Shown here piece by piece: positions 17,517-26,063 of a stretch of DNA of 39,789 nucleotides. The position numbers and the translations under genes are program-made. Origin of the DNA: an uncultured Smithella sp. (GTDB taxonomy: Bacteria > Desulfobacterota > Syntrophia > Syntrophales > Smithellaceae); the NCBI GenBank assembly GCA_964405915.1, contig CAYOPU010000002.1, forward strand, positions 1 to 39,789, in the 5' to 3' direction. The notes beneath the pieces were generated by a model that did no database searches, was not told the origin of the DNA, and saw only the letters and a list, made by a program, of their open reading frames with translations. Position 1 is the stretch's first letter. The number at the start of each line of letters is the position of its first letter.

Positions 17517-17697
17517 AAATCACTACCTCCATTCATAAATTTTGATGCAAAAAGCCCGATTCCTGCGAATCGTCTTTTCATCTTTTGTGTTCATTTAATG
17601 AGCGCGCCAAAACGCGCCGATTTGCCTTCTTAATGATACGCCGTAATTCCGGGGAAAGCCGGATGTATTTGTGCCGCGCATATCCAGAAACCGTTTT

Positions 17698-17940
17698 CTA
17701 GCTGGCGAAAGCCTCCGCGACTTTCTTCTTCCAGATTAAAAGGAGTTTTTTTCCGTGAGGCTGGCTTTGGATCAGTTCCCATTCGCTTTCTCCCTCTTTG
17801 TCGAGGATGCCCTTGAAGTTGTCCTCACTGCCGGGTATGCCGTCAATAGTGCATGTTCCCGTAATGTCGCAGGAGATGGCCTCGGGTGGGATGAGACGTT
17901 CCAAATCGATGATGCTTGTCTTGTATTTCCATCTTGCCAT
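17698..17940 (-). CDS. Small hypothetical protein (DUF4177-like pattern, low certainty on family)
   Basis: 80 aa. A strong SD AGGAGG lies 7 nt upstream of the ATG. The W-x-Y-K N-terminus and the ...EGESEWELIQ... core resemble DUF4177, but this rests on pattern memory only. Confidence 0.6.
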   Translation of the reverse strand: MARWKYKTSIIDLERLIPPEAISCDITGTCTIDGIPGSEDNFKGILDKEGESEWELIQSQPHGKKLLLIWKKKVAEAFAS

Positions 17941-18032
17941 GATGATGCCTCCTTTAAAATTTAATGCGAGTCAATACTATACCGCCGTGGTGCTGTCAAT
18001 TATTTTGTGGAAATTGCTGTCGGTCAATTGTA

Positions 18033-18060
18033 TTGTCAAATGGCGGAAAAGTATTATAGT
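18033..18060 (+). promoter_or_regulatory. Candidate sigma-70 promoter TTGTCA-N16-TATAGT for the radical SAM gene
   Basis: TTGTCA at 18033-18038 and TATAGT at 18055-18060. AAGGAG SD at 18081-18086 and ATG at 18092. Confidence 0.45.
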
Positions 18061-18091
18061 ACGATCTGGAATTATGGAATAAGGAGTCTTT

Positions 18092-19207
18092 ATGGCATCG
18101 GTTGCAGCAAATCCGTTTTACCTGAAAAATGTTGATAAAATCAGTCGCCTGTCTTTTGCCGTGGGTGTCTATCGGCCACCCAGTGAAGGAGGAAGTTCAT
18201 CTCTTTTGTTGAGAATTACGGAGAATTGTCCCTGGAATAAATGCGCATTTTGCGAAATGTACAAAGGCCATCCCTTTGTTTATCGTTCCGTTGCGGACAT
18301 CAAGGCGGATATCGATACTGTTAAAGTAATGGTTGATGAAATTCGTGAAGCATCCTGTAAAATAATGAGGAAAGGACAGATTAATCAAGAGCTGCTACAG
18401 GCGCTTCTGACAGCCGATCCCGATCTGAACGAAAACTATTGTTTCTCCACCGTGTTCGGCTGGCTGTATAACGGAGGGAAAACGGCATTCTTGCAGGATG
18501 CCGACAGTATGATTATGCGTCCGCATGAGTTGATCGATGTTCTGCAATATTTGCGGAAGACGTTGGACAGCCTGACGCGTGTGACATCTTACACACGCTC
18601 CAAGACTTTAGCGCAAAGAAAGCCGGAGGAATTGGCTGCGATCCGGGAGGCCGGTCTCGACCGCATTCATGTCGGTCTGGAAACAGGTGATGACGACATT
18701 CTCAAAATTGTCCGCAAAGGCGTGACCAGCGCCGAACAGATCGAAGGCGGCAAAAAAGCGATGGCCGCAGGCTTTCAACTTTCCGAATACTGGATGCCGG
18801 ATCTGGGCGGCCGGGAGCGCTGGCGCCAGCACGCGGAAAATACGGCAAGGGTGTTAAACGAAATCAACCCGCACTATATTCGTTCACGTCCTTTTGTACC
18901 CAGGCGGGGAACGGATATATTTGAAGATTACGAACAGGGACGATTGCATATCTCTTCGCCTCATGAACGTCTGGAAGAACTGCAAGTGATGATTGAAAAA
19001 CTGAATGTGACATCGCGTGTCTGTTTTGACCATAATATGAATGCCTGGGCCAACCATCAAAGCGGGCTGCTTTTTTCCCAAAGCTATGAAGGGTACAAAT
19101 TTCCCGAGGAAAAGCCGCTGGTCCTGGATCTGATTCGTGAAGGCCTGTCAGTTCCCGAATCGCAGCACATTAATATTAAAGAGCTGATCGCCATGGGGTC
19201 GCTATAG
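18092..19207 (+). CDS. Radical SAM protein with non-canonical Cx4Cx2C cluster motif (Elp3-like spacing), no acetyltransferase domain
   Basis: 371 aa. ITENCPWNKCAFCEMY was verified at the nucleotide level (tgt ccc tgg aat aaa tgc gca ttt tgc). Downstream TIM-barrel-type blocks are DADSMIM, VTSYTRSKT and IHVGLETGDDDIL. SD AAGGAG lies 6 nt upstream. Confidence 0.85.
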   Translation: MASVAANPFYLKNVDKISRLSFAVGVYRPPSEGGSSSLLLRITENCPWNKCAFCEMYKGHPFVYRSVADIKADIDTVKVMVDEIREASCKIMRKGQINQELLQALLTADPDLNENYCFSTVFGWLYNGGKTAFLQDADSMIMRPHELIDVLQYLRKTLDSLTRVTSYTRSKTLAQRKPEELAAIREAGLDRIHVGLETGDDDILKIVRKGVTSAEQIEGGKKAMAAGFQLSEYWMPDLGGRERWRQHAENTARVLNEINPHYIRSRPFVPRRGTDIFEDYEQGRLHISSPHERLEELQVMIEKLNVTSRVCFDHNMNAWANHQSGLLFSQSYEGYKFPEEKPLVLDLIREGLSVPESQHINIKELIAMGSL

Positions 19208-19363
19208 CGATATTGACGATTGCGGCAAGAACAGCCGCTTTGCCGGTAATTTTATTTTGAAGGCAATGAACGGATATAATCTGTTGTTGACAGAAAAAAG
19301 CTTTTTGGGGTAGTCAGAAAACCATCTGGCAGCCCAAGGGAAGGTATCAAAGGACGTCAAAAC

Positions 19364-20293
19364 ATGAGTGAATTTTCCGCGGCAGTTTCCAATCAAACAA
19401 AAATCCGTATTCTGGCACTGATGATGGGAATGGAGATCTACACGGTGGGCGTTTCCGCCATCGGTATCGCTACGTCCAATTCGATCGTTTTTGTGGCAAA
19501 CTTTGTCATTGCTTTTACAGGCGCCCTGGCTTCCGGGCTTTCGCTTTACACGGTAAAGCGCATGACGCGGGGAACGGACCTGCTCAATACTTACGGATTG
19601 GGCAGGATGGAAACCATCTCCAGCATTGTCGTCGGCATCACCATGCTTTTTGCCGCTCTTTTTGTCGGCTATGAAACAGTGATGAAAATCGATCACCCGG
19701 CTGAACAGCATGGCGGCCTTGTTGCCATGCTGCTGACCTTCGTTTCGTTCATCGCATCCCTCTGGCTCTGGATTCGCAATTACCGGTTAAGCAAAACAGA
19801 ACACTCCCCTATCTTCAGTTCGATCTGGAAAATGGCCAGAATGGGAGCCCTGGAAGACCTGCTGATTATTCTTGCCGTCGGCATCGCTCTTCTTTTTCAT
19901 GGCGCCGGTTGGACGCGCTATCTGGACGTCTGTGCGACGTCTATCCTCATGATCAGTATTATAAAATCCATTTATGAAGTTTTTTCCGGATCCATTTCCG
20001 ATTTGCTGGACCGCAGTCTCGATGAATATGATCAGCTGATCATTCTGCGCGAACTGGTTGCCAATTATGAAGCTTATGACCAGATCCACGGCTTCCGCAC
20101 CCGCCGGTCAGGCAGTCAGACGTTCATCGAGCTGTTTATGGAATTTAATCCGGAAACAAAAATGTCAGCCGTTTATGATTTGCTGGCACGTCTGGAATCG
20201 GAGCTGAAAAAACAGATTCCTCACGCCCAGGTGATGATTATTCCCAGCCGCTCATCGCAATCAACCACCTCGCAGCAAGCTTGCGAGGTATGA
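19364..20293 (+). CDS. Cation diffusion facilitator (CDF)-like transporter with apparently degenerate metal site
   Basis: 309 aa. Six hydrophobic helices plus a CDF-type cytoplasmic C-terminal domain (IHGFRTRRSGSQTFIELFMEF...HAQVMIIP). By eye, the usual TM2/TM5 His/Asp pairs are not evident. The last ~9 codons lie inside repeat copy A. Confidence 0.7.
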   Translation: MSEFSAAVSNQTKIRILALMMGMEIYTVGVSAIGIATSNSIVFVANFVIAFTGALASGLSLYTVKRMTRGTDLLNTYGLGRMETISSIVVGITMLFAALFVGYETVMKIDHPAEQHGGLVAMLLTFVSFIASLWLWIRNYRLSKTEHSPIFSSIWKMARMGALEDLLIILAVGIALLFHGAGWTRYLDVCATSILMISIIKSIYEVFSGSISDLLDRSLDEYDQLIILRELVANYEAYDQIHGFRTRRSGSQTFIELFMEFNPETKMSAVYDLLARLESELKKQIPHAQVMIIPSRSSQSTTSQQACEV

Positions 20294-20359
20294 AATGAAC
20301 ATTATGATATCGCAGCAAGCTGCGGAGAATTAACGCACGTCCCGCAACTGCGGGATTAA
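20266..20359 (+). repeat. 94-nt triple-hairpin intergenic repeat, copy A
   Basis: CACCTCGCAGCAAGCTTGCGAGGTATGAAATGAACATTATGATATCGCAGCAAGCTGCGGAGAATTAACGCACGTCCCGCAACTGCGGGATTAA. By hand alignment it matches the reverse complement of 27089-27182 at 87/94 positions. Confidence 0.9.
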
Positions 20360-20431
20360 ACGCCATCATGACGGGAGCAGACGGCTCCGGCAAGAATTAC
20401 CCGCGGTGATGACCGTTTGCCATGAACAATT

Positions 20432-22774
20432 TTACCGTTTTAATTCATCCCGAATGGCAAGGCCAATCTTTTCCATCACATAGGGTTTTCGGACATAAGC
20501 GCCGGCGCCCAGCTTCTTTGCTTTTTTTACGCGATCTGTTTCTGAAAATCCGCTGACAAGGATAGCCTTCTGTTTCGGATTGATTTCCAGAGCCCCTTTG
20601 TAGGTATCCAAACCATCGATACCCGGTGTCATAATCATATCCAGAACAAGAATATCCACTTGATTGTTCTTAAGATATTCCAGCGCCTCTGCTCCGCCGG
20701 CAACCGTGATTACCTGATATCCCAACTTTTTAAGTAATCCGGAAGCGACGTCTCTTTGTTCGGCGACGTCATCAACCACTAATACCGATTCTCCCCGCCC
20801 CATGTATTGTTCTATCGGTTCCTTCTGGCGTGGGGTGATGACTTCTTCGCGTGTTGCGGGGAAGTAAAGCGTAAAGGTGGTTCCTTCTCCAACTTCAGTC
20901 TGCAAATCAATATGACCTTTGTGGTCCTTGACCGTTCCCCAGACGATGGCCAGTCCCAGTCCGGTTCCGCTTCTATTCATGGTCTTCCTTGTGTAGAATG
21001 GTTCAAAAATCTTTTTTCTGTGCTCAAAAGGAATGCCCATTCCCGTATCGGACACGGTCAGGATGACATAATCCCCCTCCCTGACCTCATGATGTTCCCT
21101 CATGAATCCGTCAATATACCGGTTTTCTGTCCGAATGGTCACTTCTCCAGTTTCCGTAATTGCATCCGCCGCATTCAACATCAGATTCATGATTGTTTTC
21201 TCCAGATGAACAGGAGAACCTTTGATGTTCAAGAGATCTGCCTGGTATTCTGTTTTAAAGGTGATGCGGGGATGCACATTTTTCATCATTTCAAAAACGG
21301 GTGTTTCCAGGAAATTGACAATAATATTATTAAGATTAACCACCTCTGACACTGTAACCGCCCTCCGGGCCAAAGTCAGAAGATCTTCAATGATGGCGGC
21401 GCCTTTCTCCGTGGACTGCAGAATTTTTTCAACGTATTTTTTGGCCTTATGATCCCCGGAAATTTCCATCAGGAGCAGCTCTGAATAGCCGCTGAGTATT
21501 CCCAGAACGTTATTCAGGTCATGGGCAACGCCGCCGGCCAGTTGTCCAACCGCCTCCATCTTCTGCGCGTGGACCAGCTGCTCTTGGATACTTTCTTTTT
21601 CACGCTGATTTTTTATTCGTTCGCTGATGTCCCTTGTGACGCCGACAAAGCCGATGGGTTTGCCATTGTTGTCTCTGGCTAAAGATGACTTGAGTTCAAC
21701 ATTAATCAGCGTGCCGTCTTTTTTCAGTTGTTCCAGTTCGATGAATAAAAAAGATTCCGGATTGGTTTGTACGGGGTTCACCTGTTCCACCAGTTTTTTT
21801 TGCCCTTGATAGGCCCGCAAAATTGCCTGATGCGATTCAGTGGTGTACCATTGGCTCAGCTTCAGATTCATGGCCTCCTCAACGGAATAACCATAAATGC
21901 GACTGACGGAAGGGCTGATGTAAGTAAAATTCAATTTCAGATCTGTCGCCCAGAACAAGTCGTTGACGTTGTCGGCCAGGATACGATAACGTTTTTCGCT
22001 GGCTTCCAGTTCGTTATTGTTTTTTTGCAGTTCCTGAGTTCTTTTGGCCACCAGTTCCTCAAGGTGATCCTGATGTCTCCTTAATTTATCTTCTGCCCGT
22101 TTGCGTATTTCCACTTCATCATTCAGCTTTGCGTTGATTACATCGACATCGTTCTTGGCCTTTTCCAGAAGATGCTTCTCCAGCAGCAGTTTGTGCTGTT
22201 CCGTTTCCATAGCGTCCTGGAACTGTTTACGAACCGATTCGTAAATGTAGGTGAAACAAAAAATGAGAAACAGGGTGAAGAGATGGCGCAAGATGAAAAT
22301 AGGGGAATAAGAAAAGGACGTCAGGGCGGAAAATGGATTAATAAAGAATGCTATCGTAATCATAGCCAGGAGGATACTCCAGAAGCATCCCTCTTTTTTC
22401 CCCATGAGAAAAAATACAAAAGGGGGGAAGCACAGCACCCATATGCTGGAATAACCTTCCCCGGTTCCAGATTTGAGCCAGTAACCCAGCAAGGTTATCA
22501 AGAGGACCAGAGAAATACGATATACGGTTTTGCCGGTTTTTGAATAGCGCAGGCAAATGATGAAACCTGAAAAAACCGTTACCAGAAAATAATTCACGAT
22601 TCCAAACTGGTAGTCGCCTTTTTTAAAATGTACGGCACCAAAAATGATCAGGGCCAGGATGATGGCGAGGAGGGAAGCGACAAACAATCGGCGACGCCCT
22701 TGGTCGGCGAGATTGAGATCTTGCGGATGGAAAAGGTTATCGAAATAATCATATGTGTTTTTGATGATATTCAT
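20432..22774 (-). CDS. Multi-TM hybrid sensor histidine kinase (about 7 TM - coiled coil - PAS - HisKA - HATPase - REC)
   Basis: 780 aa. Hydrophobic N-terminal ~180 aa, one PAS (ends VTRDISERIK), H-box GGVAHDLNNVL, then NLMLNAADA, DTGMGI, GTGLGL. C-terminal receiver (ILVLDMIMTPGIDG). Its ATG overlaps the upstream gene's stop (ATGA, 22774-22771). Confidence 0.92.
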   Translation of the reverse strand: MNIIKNTYDYFDNLFHPQDLNLADQGRRRLFVASLLAIILALIIFGAVHFKKGDYQFGIVNYFLVTVFSGFIICLRYSKTGKTVYRISLVLLITLLGYWLKSGTGEGYSSIWVLCFPPFVFFLMGKKEGCFWSILLAMITIAFFINPFSALTSFSYSPIFILRHLFTLFLIFCFTYIYESVRKQFQDAMETEQHKLLLEKHLLEKAKNDVDVINAKLNDEVEIRKRAEDKLRRHQDHLEELVAKRTQELQKNNNELEASEKRYRILADNVNDLFWATDLKLNFTYISPSVSRIYGYSVEEAMNLKLSQWYTTESHQAILRAYQGQKKLVEQVNPVQTNPESFLFIELEQLKKDGTLINVELKSSLARDNNGKPIGFVGVTRDISERIKNQREKESIQEQLVHAQKMEAVGQLAGGVAHDLNNVLGILSGYSELLLMEISGDHKAKKYVEKILQSTEKGAAIIEDLLTLARRAVTVSEVVNLNNIIVNFLETPVFEMMKNVHPRITFKTEYQADLLNIKGSPVHLEKTIMNLMLNAADAITETGEVTIRTENRYIDGFMREHHEVREGDYVILTVSDTGMGIPFEHRKKIFEPFYTRKTMNRSGTGLGLAIVWGTVKDHKGHIDLQTEVGEGTTFTLYFPATREEVITPRQKEPIEQYMGRGESVLVVDDVAEQRDVASGLLKKLGYQVITVAGGAEALEYLKNNQVDILVLDMIMTPGIDGLDTYKGALEINPKQKAILVSGFSETDRVKKAKKLGAGAYVRKPYVMEKIGLAIRDELKR

Positions 22775-23958
22775 GAGGATGACGTCGTTTCCGCATGAAT
22801 GCCTTCCGTGCTGATCCCGTGAACAAAATATTTCGGATCGTTGAGGAAGTTTAAGAATATTGTAACAAAAGCAATAGCCACCTCAACCATGAGAGACTTA
22901 TCCTGGTAAAGCGCCGCAAGTTGTTTTTTTCGATCCTCACGTTTTGGCTGATCAAAAATAGACATGAGAACACCGTCCAGACGATGTGCCGCGTTTGGAG
23001 AGGTTACGCTGTTAAATCCTCCCGATTGCGCATAGTCCATCATTTCGAGCAGAATATTTTTGAATTTGTGAACAGACGTCTCATGGTATCCGAAAATATG
23101 TAAAGCGATGCGTTGGGCTTCCTGCATACTGGCTTCGACAAGGGCGTTAAAAAGTTTTCGGCTGACGGCATCTCCCGTGGCGGCCTTTCGCTTACGGATG
23201 AGCGACAGCAAAACAATGTTTTTGAAAAGTTGGTAGAGACGTTCAGCGCCGTTCAAAATCACGGTCTGCTGGTGGAACCTTTCGGGCTTATACCCTTTAT
23301 AAGCACTGGTGAAAAGTATTCGATAAACGACGTTAAAAAAGTCAACGCCCTGCAACGGGTCCTGAAGATCGATGCGCATGTCGAATGTGTTATCCAAACG
23401 GTCGGCAAGCTTGATCCGGATCACTTCAGTGGCTTTGCAGGCCTGGTCGAGGAAACGGCCAATGTAATGATAGTAGGGTTCCGAGGGTTCTTTGGTTAGC
23501 CACCGCAGATGTTCCATCAAGCGTTTCTGGTGGTCTTCCGGTATTTCTGAAAGGAAGGATTGAAATTTTTTGTCCAGGTTTATCCAGTGGGAATCTTTGA
23601 CGATGACAGGCTGGAAATCCTCAAAGCTGTCATGAAGAAGACAGGTCATCAAATCCAGCAGAACGACTTTTTTCGACGCATGGGACAGCAATGCGGTGAC
23701 CCGAAGCGGATGCAAAACGGAGAAAGGGCCGAGATCTCGTTTTGTTTTTCCGTAGATTTTACCCAGGTAGTTGAATCCATGGAGTAATACCTCTTGATCA
23801 TGATTCGAGATCGGTTTATTGTCCAGTACAATGGACGTGACGCTGTTCCAGTTTCGTTGTTTGGCGCTCAACTGGTAGTTCAATACGGCAGATATTTTCA
23901 GGAAATCTGATAAATTATAATCGAGCATGATATCCCTTGCTTTCCTATAGCTGGTCAT
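22771..23958 (-). CDS. HD-domain protein of the RelA/SpoT (p)ppGpp-hydrolase type with long unassigned flanks
   Basis: 395 aa. It carries HPLRVTALL, LLHDSFEDF (HDxxED) and IKLADRLDNTFDM, which mirror the SpoT/Rel/Mesh1 hydrolase motifs HPL-VA, LLHDxxED and KLADRLHNM. There is no synthetase, TGS or ACT domain. No SD precedes ATG 23958; an alternative ATG at 23928 follows AAGGGA. Confidence 0.75.
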   Translation of the reverse strand: MTSYRKARDIMLDYNLSDFLKISAVLNYQLSAKQRNWNSVTSIVLDNKPISNHDQEVLLHGFNYLGKIYGKTKRDLGPFSVLHPLRVTALLSHASKKVVLLDLMTCLLHDSFEDFQPVIVKDSHWINLDKKFQSFLSEIPEDHQKRLMEHLRWLTKEPSEPYYHYIGRFLDQACKATEVIRIKLADRLDNTFDMRIDLQDPLQGVDFFNVVYRILFTSAYKGYKPERFHQQTVILNGAERLYQLFKNIVLLSLIRKRKAATGDAVSRKLFNALVEASMQEAQRIALHIFGYHETSVHKFKNILLEMMDYAQSGGFNSVTSPNAAHRLDGVLMSIFDQPKREDRKKQLAALYQDKSLMVEVAIAFVTIFLNFLNDPKYFVHGISTEGIHAETTSSS

Positions 23959-24089
23959 TTTGCATATTTCTGAAATTCAATCAACTGGAGATTTTTCAGG
24001 AAAAAAATATCATACGATCTGGAAATGAACGGACGGCGTTTCTTGTGGCCGCGTTTTGCTAAAACCTCCTGATAAAATATGTAATTAAC

Positions 24090-24118
24090 TTTACAAGCTT
24101 ATCGCCTTATGCTATGAG
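24090..24118 (+). promoter_or_regulatory. Candidate sigma-70 promoter TTTACA-N17-TATGAG upstream of yebC-ruvCAB
   Basis: TTTACA at 24090-24095, a 17-nt spacer, TATGAG at 24113-24118. The yebC ATG is at 24163 with AGGAGA 8 nt upstream. Confidence 0.4.
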
Positions 24119-24162
24119 GCGAAAATGTATGCAAGATTATCTTTTCCCAGGAGAGAAACAAT

Positions 24163-24912
24163 ATGTCCGGCCATAATAAGTGGAGCACCATCAAAAGAAA
24201 AAAAGGGGCGATTGACGCCAAACGAGGCAAAATATTTACCAAAATTATCAAGGAAATTACCCTGGCAGCGCGTTTGGGCGGCGGCGATCTTGAAGGCAAT
24301 GCCCGTCTGAGGCAGGCGGTGATGGCGGCCAAGGAAGAGAATATGCCCAAAGATAACATCGATCGGGCAATTAAAAAAGGAACCGGCGGCGGCGAAGGTG
24401 CGGCGGCTTATGAAGAAATCACTTATGAAGGCTACGGGCCGGGCGGCGCTGCGGTTATCATTGATGTCATGACGGATAATAAAAATCGGACTGTTGCGGA
24501 GATTCGCCACATTCTTTCCAAGCATGGCGGCAACCTGGGTGAAAACGGCTGCGTGTCCTGGATGTTCGCGAAGAAGGGAAGCATCGTCATTGATAAAAAA
24601 CTCATTGGCGAAGATGAATTGCTGGAGCTGGCACTGGAAGCCGGAGCGGAAGATGTGAAGACGGAAGGCGACGAATTTGAGGTGATCACGGAACCGGCGG
24701 CGTTTGAGTCGGTGAAAAAAGCCATTGACGACAAAGGCATCAAACATCTTTCGGCTTCCATCAGCAAGATTCCCTCCAATACGGTTAACCTGGAAGCGGG
24801 GAAGGCGGAGTCCATGCTGAAATTGATGGAAAAACTGGAAGACAACGATGACGTGCAGAATGTTTACTCCAATTTTGATATCGATGAAGATGTCATGGAG
24901 AAGTTGAGCTAA
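24163..24912 (+). CDS. yebC: YebC/PmpR family DNA-binding regulator / translation factor
   Basis: 249 aa. [42 protein letters not shown]... is the hallmark YebC N-terminus. The classic yebC-ruvC linkage is present. Confidence 0.95.
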   Translation: MSGHNKWSTIKRKKGAIDAKRGKIFTKIIKEITLAARLGGGDLEGNARLRQAVMAAKEENMPKDNIDRAIKKGTGGGEGAAAYEEITYEGYGPGGAAVIIDVMTDNKNRTVAEIRHILSKHGGNLGENGCVSWMFAKKGSIVIDKKLIGEDELLELALEAGAEDVKTEGDEFEVITEPAAFESVKKAIDDKGIKHLSASISKIPSNTVNLEAGKAESMLKLMEKLEDNDDVQNVYSNFDIDEDVMEKLS

Positions 24913-24946
24913 GAAACAGGACTTATTTTTACTGAAAGCTGATATC

Positions 24947-25426
24947 TTGCGAATCCTAGGCATCGATCCCGGAAGCCATGTGACAGGGTATGGCGTCATT
25001 GATAAAAGCGGCAATTATCTGCGTCATGTCAGTCATGGTGAAATCAAACCACCTAAAGATTCCCTTCTATCTGAAATATTAATGGATATTTCCCGCAGTC
25101 TTGGCGCTGTTATTGTGGAAACCGATCCGCAGGCGGTCGGTCTGGAAAATATTTTCTACGGCAAGAATGTCCGCAGTCTGATCCGGCAGGCCCAGGTTCG
25201 AGGGGTCGTGATTTTTACCTGCGCCGAGAAAGGCATTCCTGTTTTTGAATATTCGCCGCTGGAAGTAAAAAAAGCGGTGGTCGGTTACGGCCGGGCGGAG
25301 AAACGGCAGGTGCAGATGATGGTGAAGGCGATCTTAAAGCTCGATGTTTTGCCCCCCGCAGATGCGGCGGATGCTCTGGCTACGGCCATCTGTCAGGCCA
25401 ATTTCTTAAAGGAGCAGCCCATCTGA
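24947..25426 (+). CDS. ruvC: Holliday junction resolvase RuvC (TTG start)
   Basis: 159 aa. (M)RILGIDPGS..., LENIFYGKN, YSPLEVKKAVVGYGRAEKRQV, DAADALATAIC. The start codon at 24947 is TTG. Confidence 0.95.
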   Translation: MRILGIDPGSHVTGYGVIDKSGNYLRHVSHGEIKPPKDSLLSEILMDISRSLGAVIVETDPQAVGLENIFYGKNVRSLIRQAQVRGVVIFTCAEKGIPVFEYSPLEVKKAVVGYGRAEKRQVQMMVKAILKLDVLPPADAADALATAICQANFLKEQPI

Positions 25427-25427
25427 T

Positions 25428-26036
25428 ATGATTGCTTTGCTTGCGGGTAAAATTGCCCATAAGGGAATTTCGCATATCGTTGTGGATACACAGGGCGTCG
25501 GTTACCGCGTTTTTATTCCGCTGACGACTTTTTACGAGCTTCCGGAAGCGGGCGAAAACGTGACCCTGCATATACATACTTCGGTCAAAGAGGACGCGAT
25601 TAACTTATTCGGTTTTTACACCCTGCAGGAACGCGACCTTTTTCAACTCATGATTTCGGTCAGCGGCATCGGGCCGAAAGTGGCCATGAATATTCTTTCA
25701 GGTATTTCAGCCGCCGAGCTGCTGGAAGCGATTTCCGGCGGCAATCTGGGTAAACTGATCACGATTCCCGGCATCGGCAAGAAAATGGCCGAACGATTGA
25801 TTTTGGAACTCAAGGAAAAAGCCATCAAGAAAATGGCGGCGGATCAGAGCCCGGTCATGGATGTCCGGCAGCAGCAAAGCGCGATGATTCGGGAAGATGT
25901 CCTTTCCGCTTTAGTCAACTTAGGATATAAAGCCAATGCCGCCCGAGACGCCCTGGATAAAGTTACACACGATGCGGAAGAAGAGCCGGCGATGGATGAG
26001 CTCTTGAAGAAAGCATTGAAAATTCTTGCCGGTTGA
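25428..26036 (+). CDS. ruvA: Holliday junction branch migration complex subunit RuvA
   Basis: 202 aa. MIALLAGKI..., helix-hairpin-helix motifs (VSGIGPKVAMNIL, IPGIGKKMAERLILEL), and a C-terminal domain III. Confidence 0.95.
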   Translation: MIALLAGKIAHKGISHIVVDTQGVGYRVFIPLTTFYELPEAGENVTLHIHTSVKEDAINLFGFYTLQERDLFQLMISVSGIGPKVAMNILSGISAAELLEAISGGNLGKLITIPGIGKKMAERLILELKEKAIKKMAADQSPVMDVRQQQSAMIREDVLSALVNLGYKANAARDALDKVTHDAEEEPAMDELLKKALKILAG

Positions 26037-26063
26037 AGCCCCGGCCGGTTCAGGTAGAAAATA

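Noticed and set aside
19208-19363. Possible metal (NiCo/czcD-type) riboswitch or clear promoter upstream of the CDF-like gene
   Set aside because: I found only a weak hairpin (CGGCAA…TTGCCG), a TATAAT at 19275-19280 without a matching -35, and TTGACA (19287) with a poor -10. The remaining leader is too short for a known riboswitch fold.
19202-19711. 169-aa minus-strand ORF spanning the rSAM-CDF spacer and the CDF 5' end
   Set aside because: It overlaps the CDF-like gene in antisense, has no SD, and has His/Arg/Cys-rich composition. It is a shadow ORF.
24112-25014. 300-aa minus-strand ORF
   Set aside because: It fully overlaps yebC, which has an unmistakable family signature, on the opposite strand. 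It is a shadow ORF.
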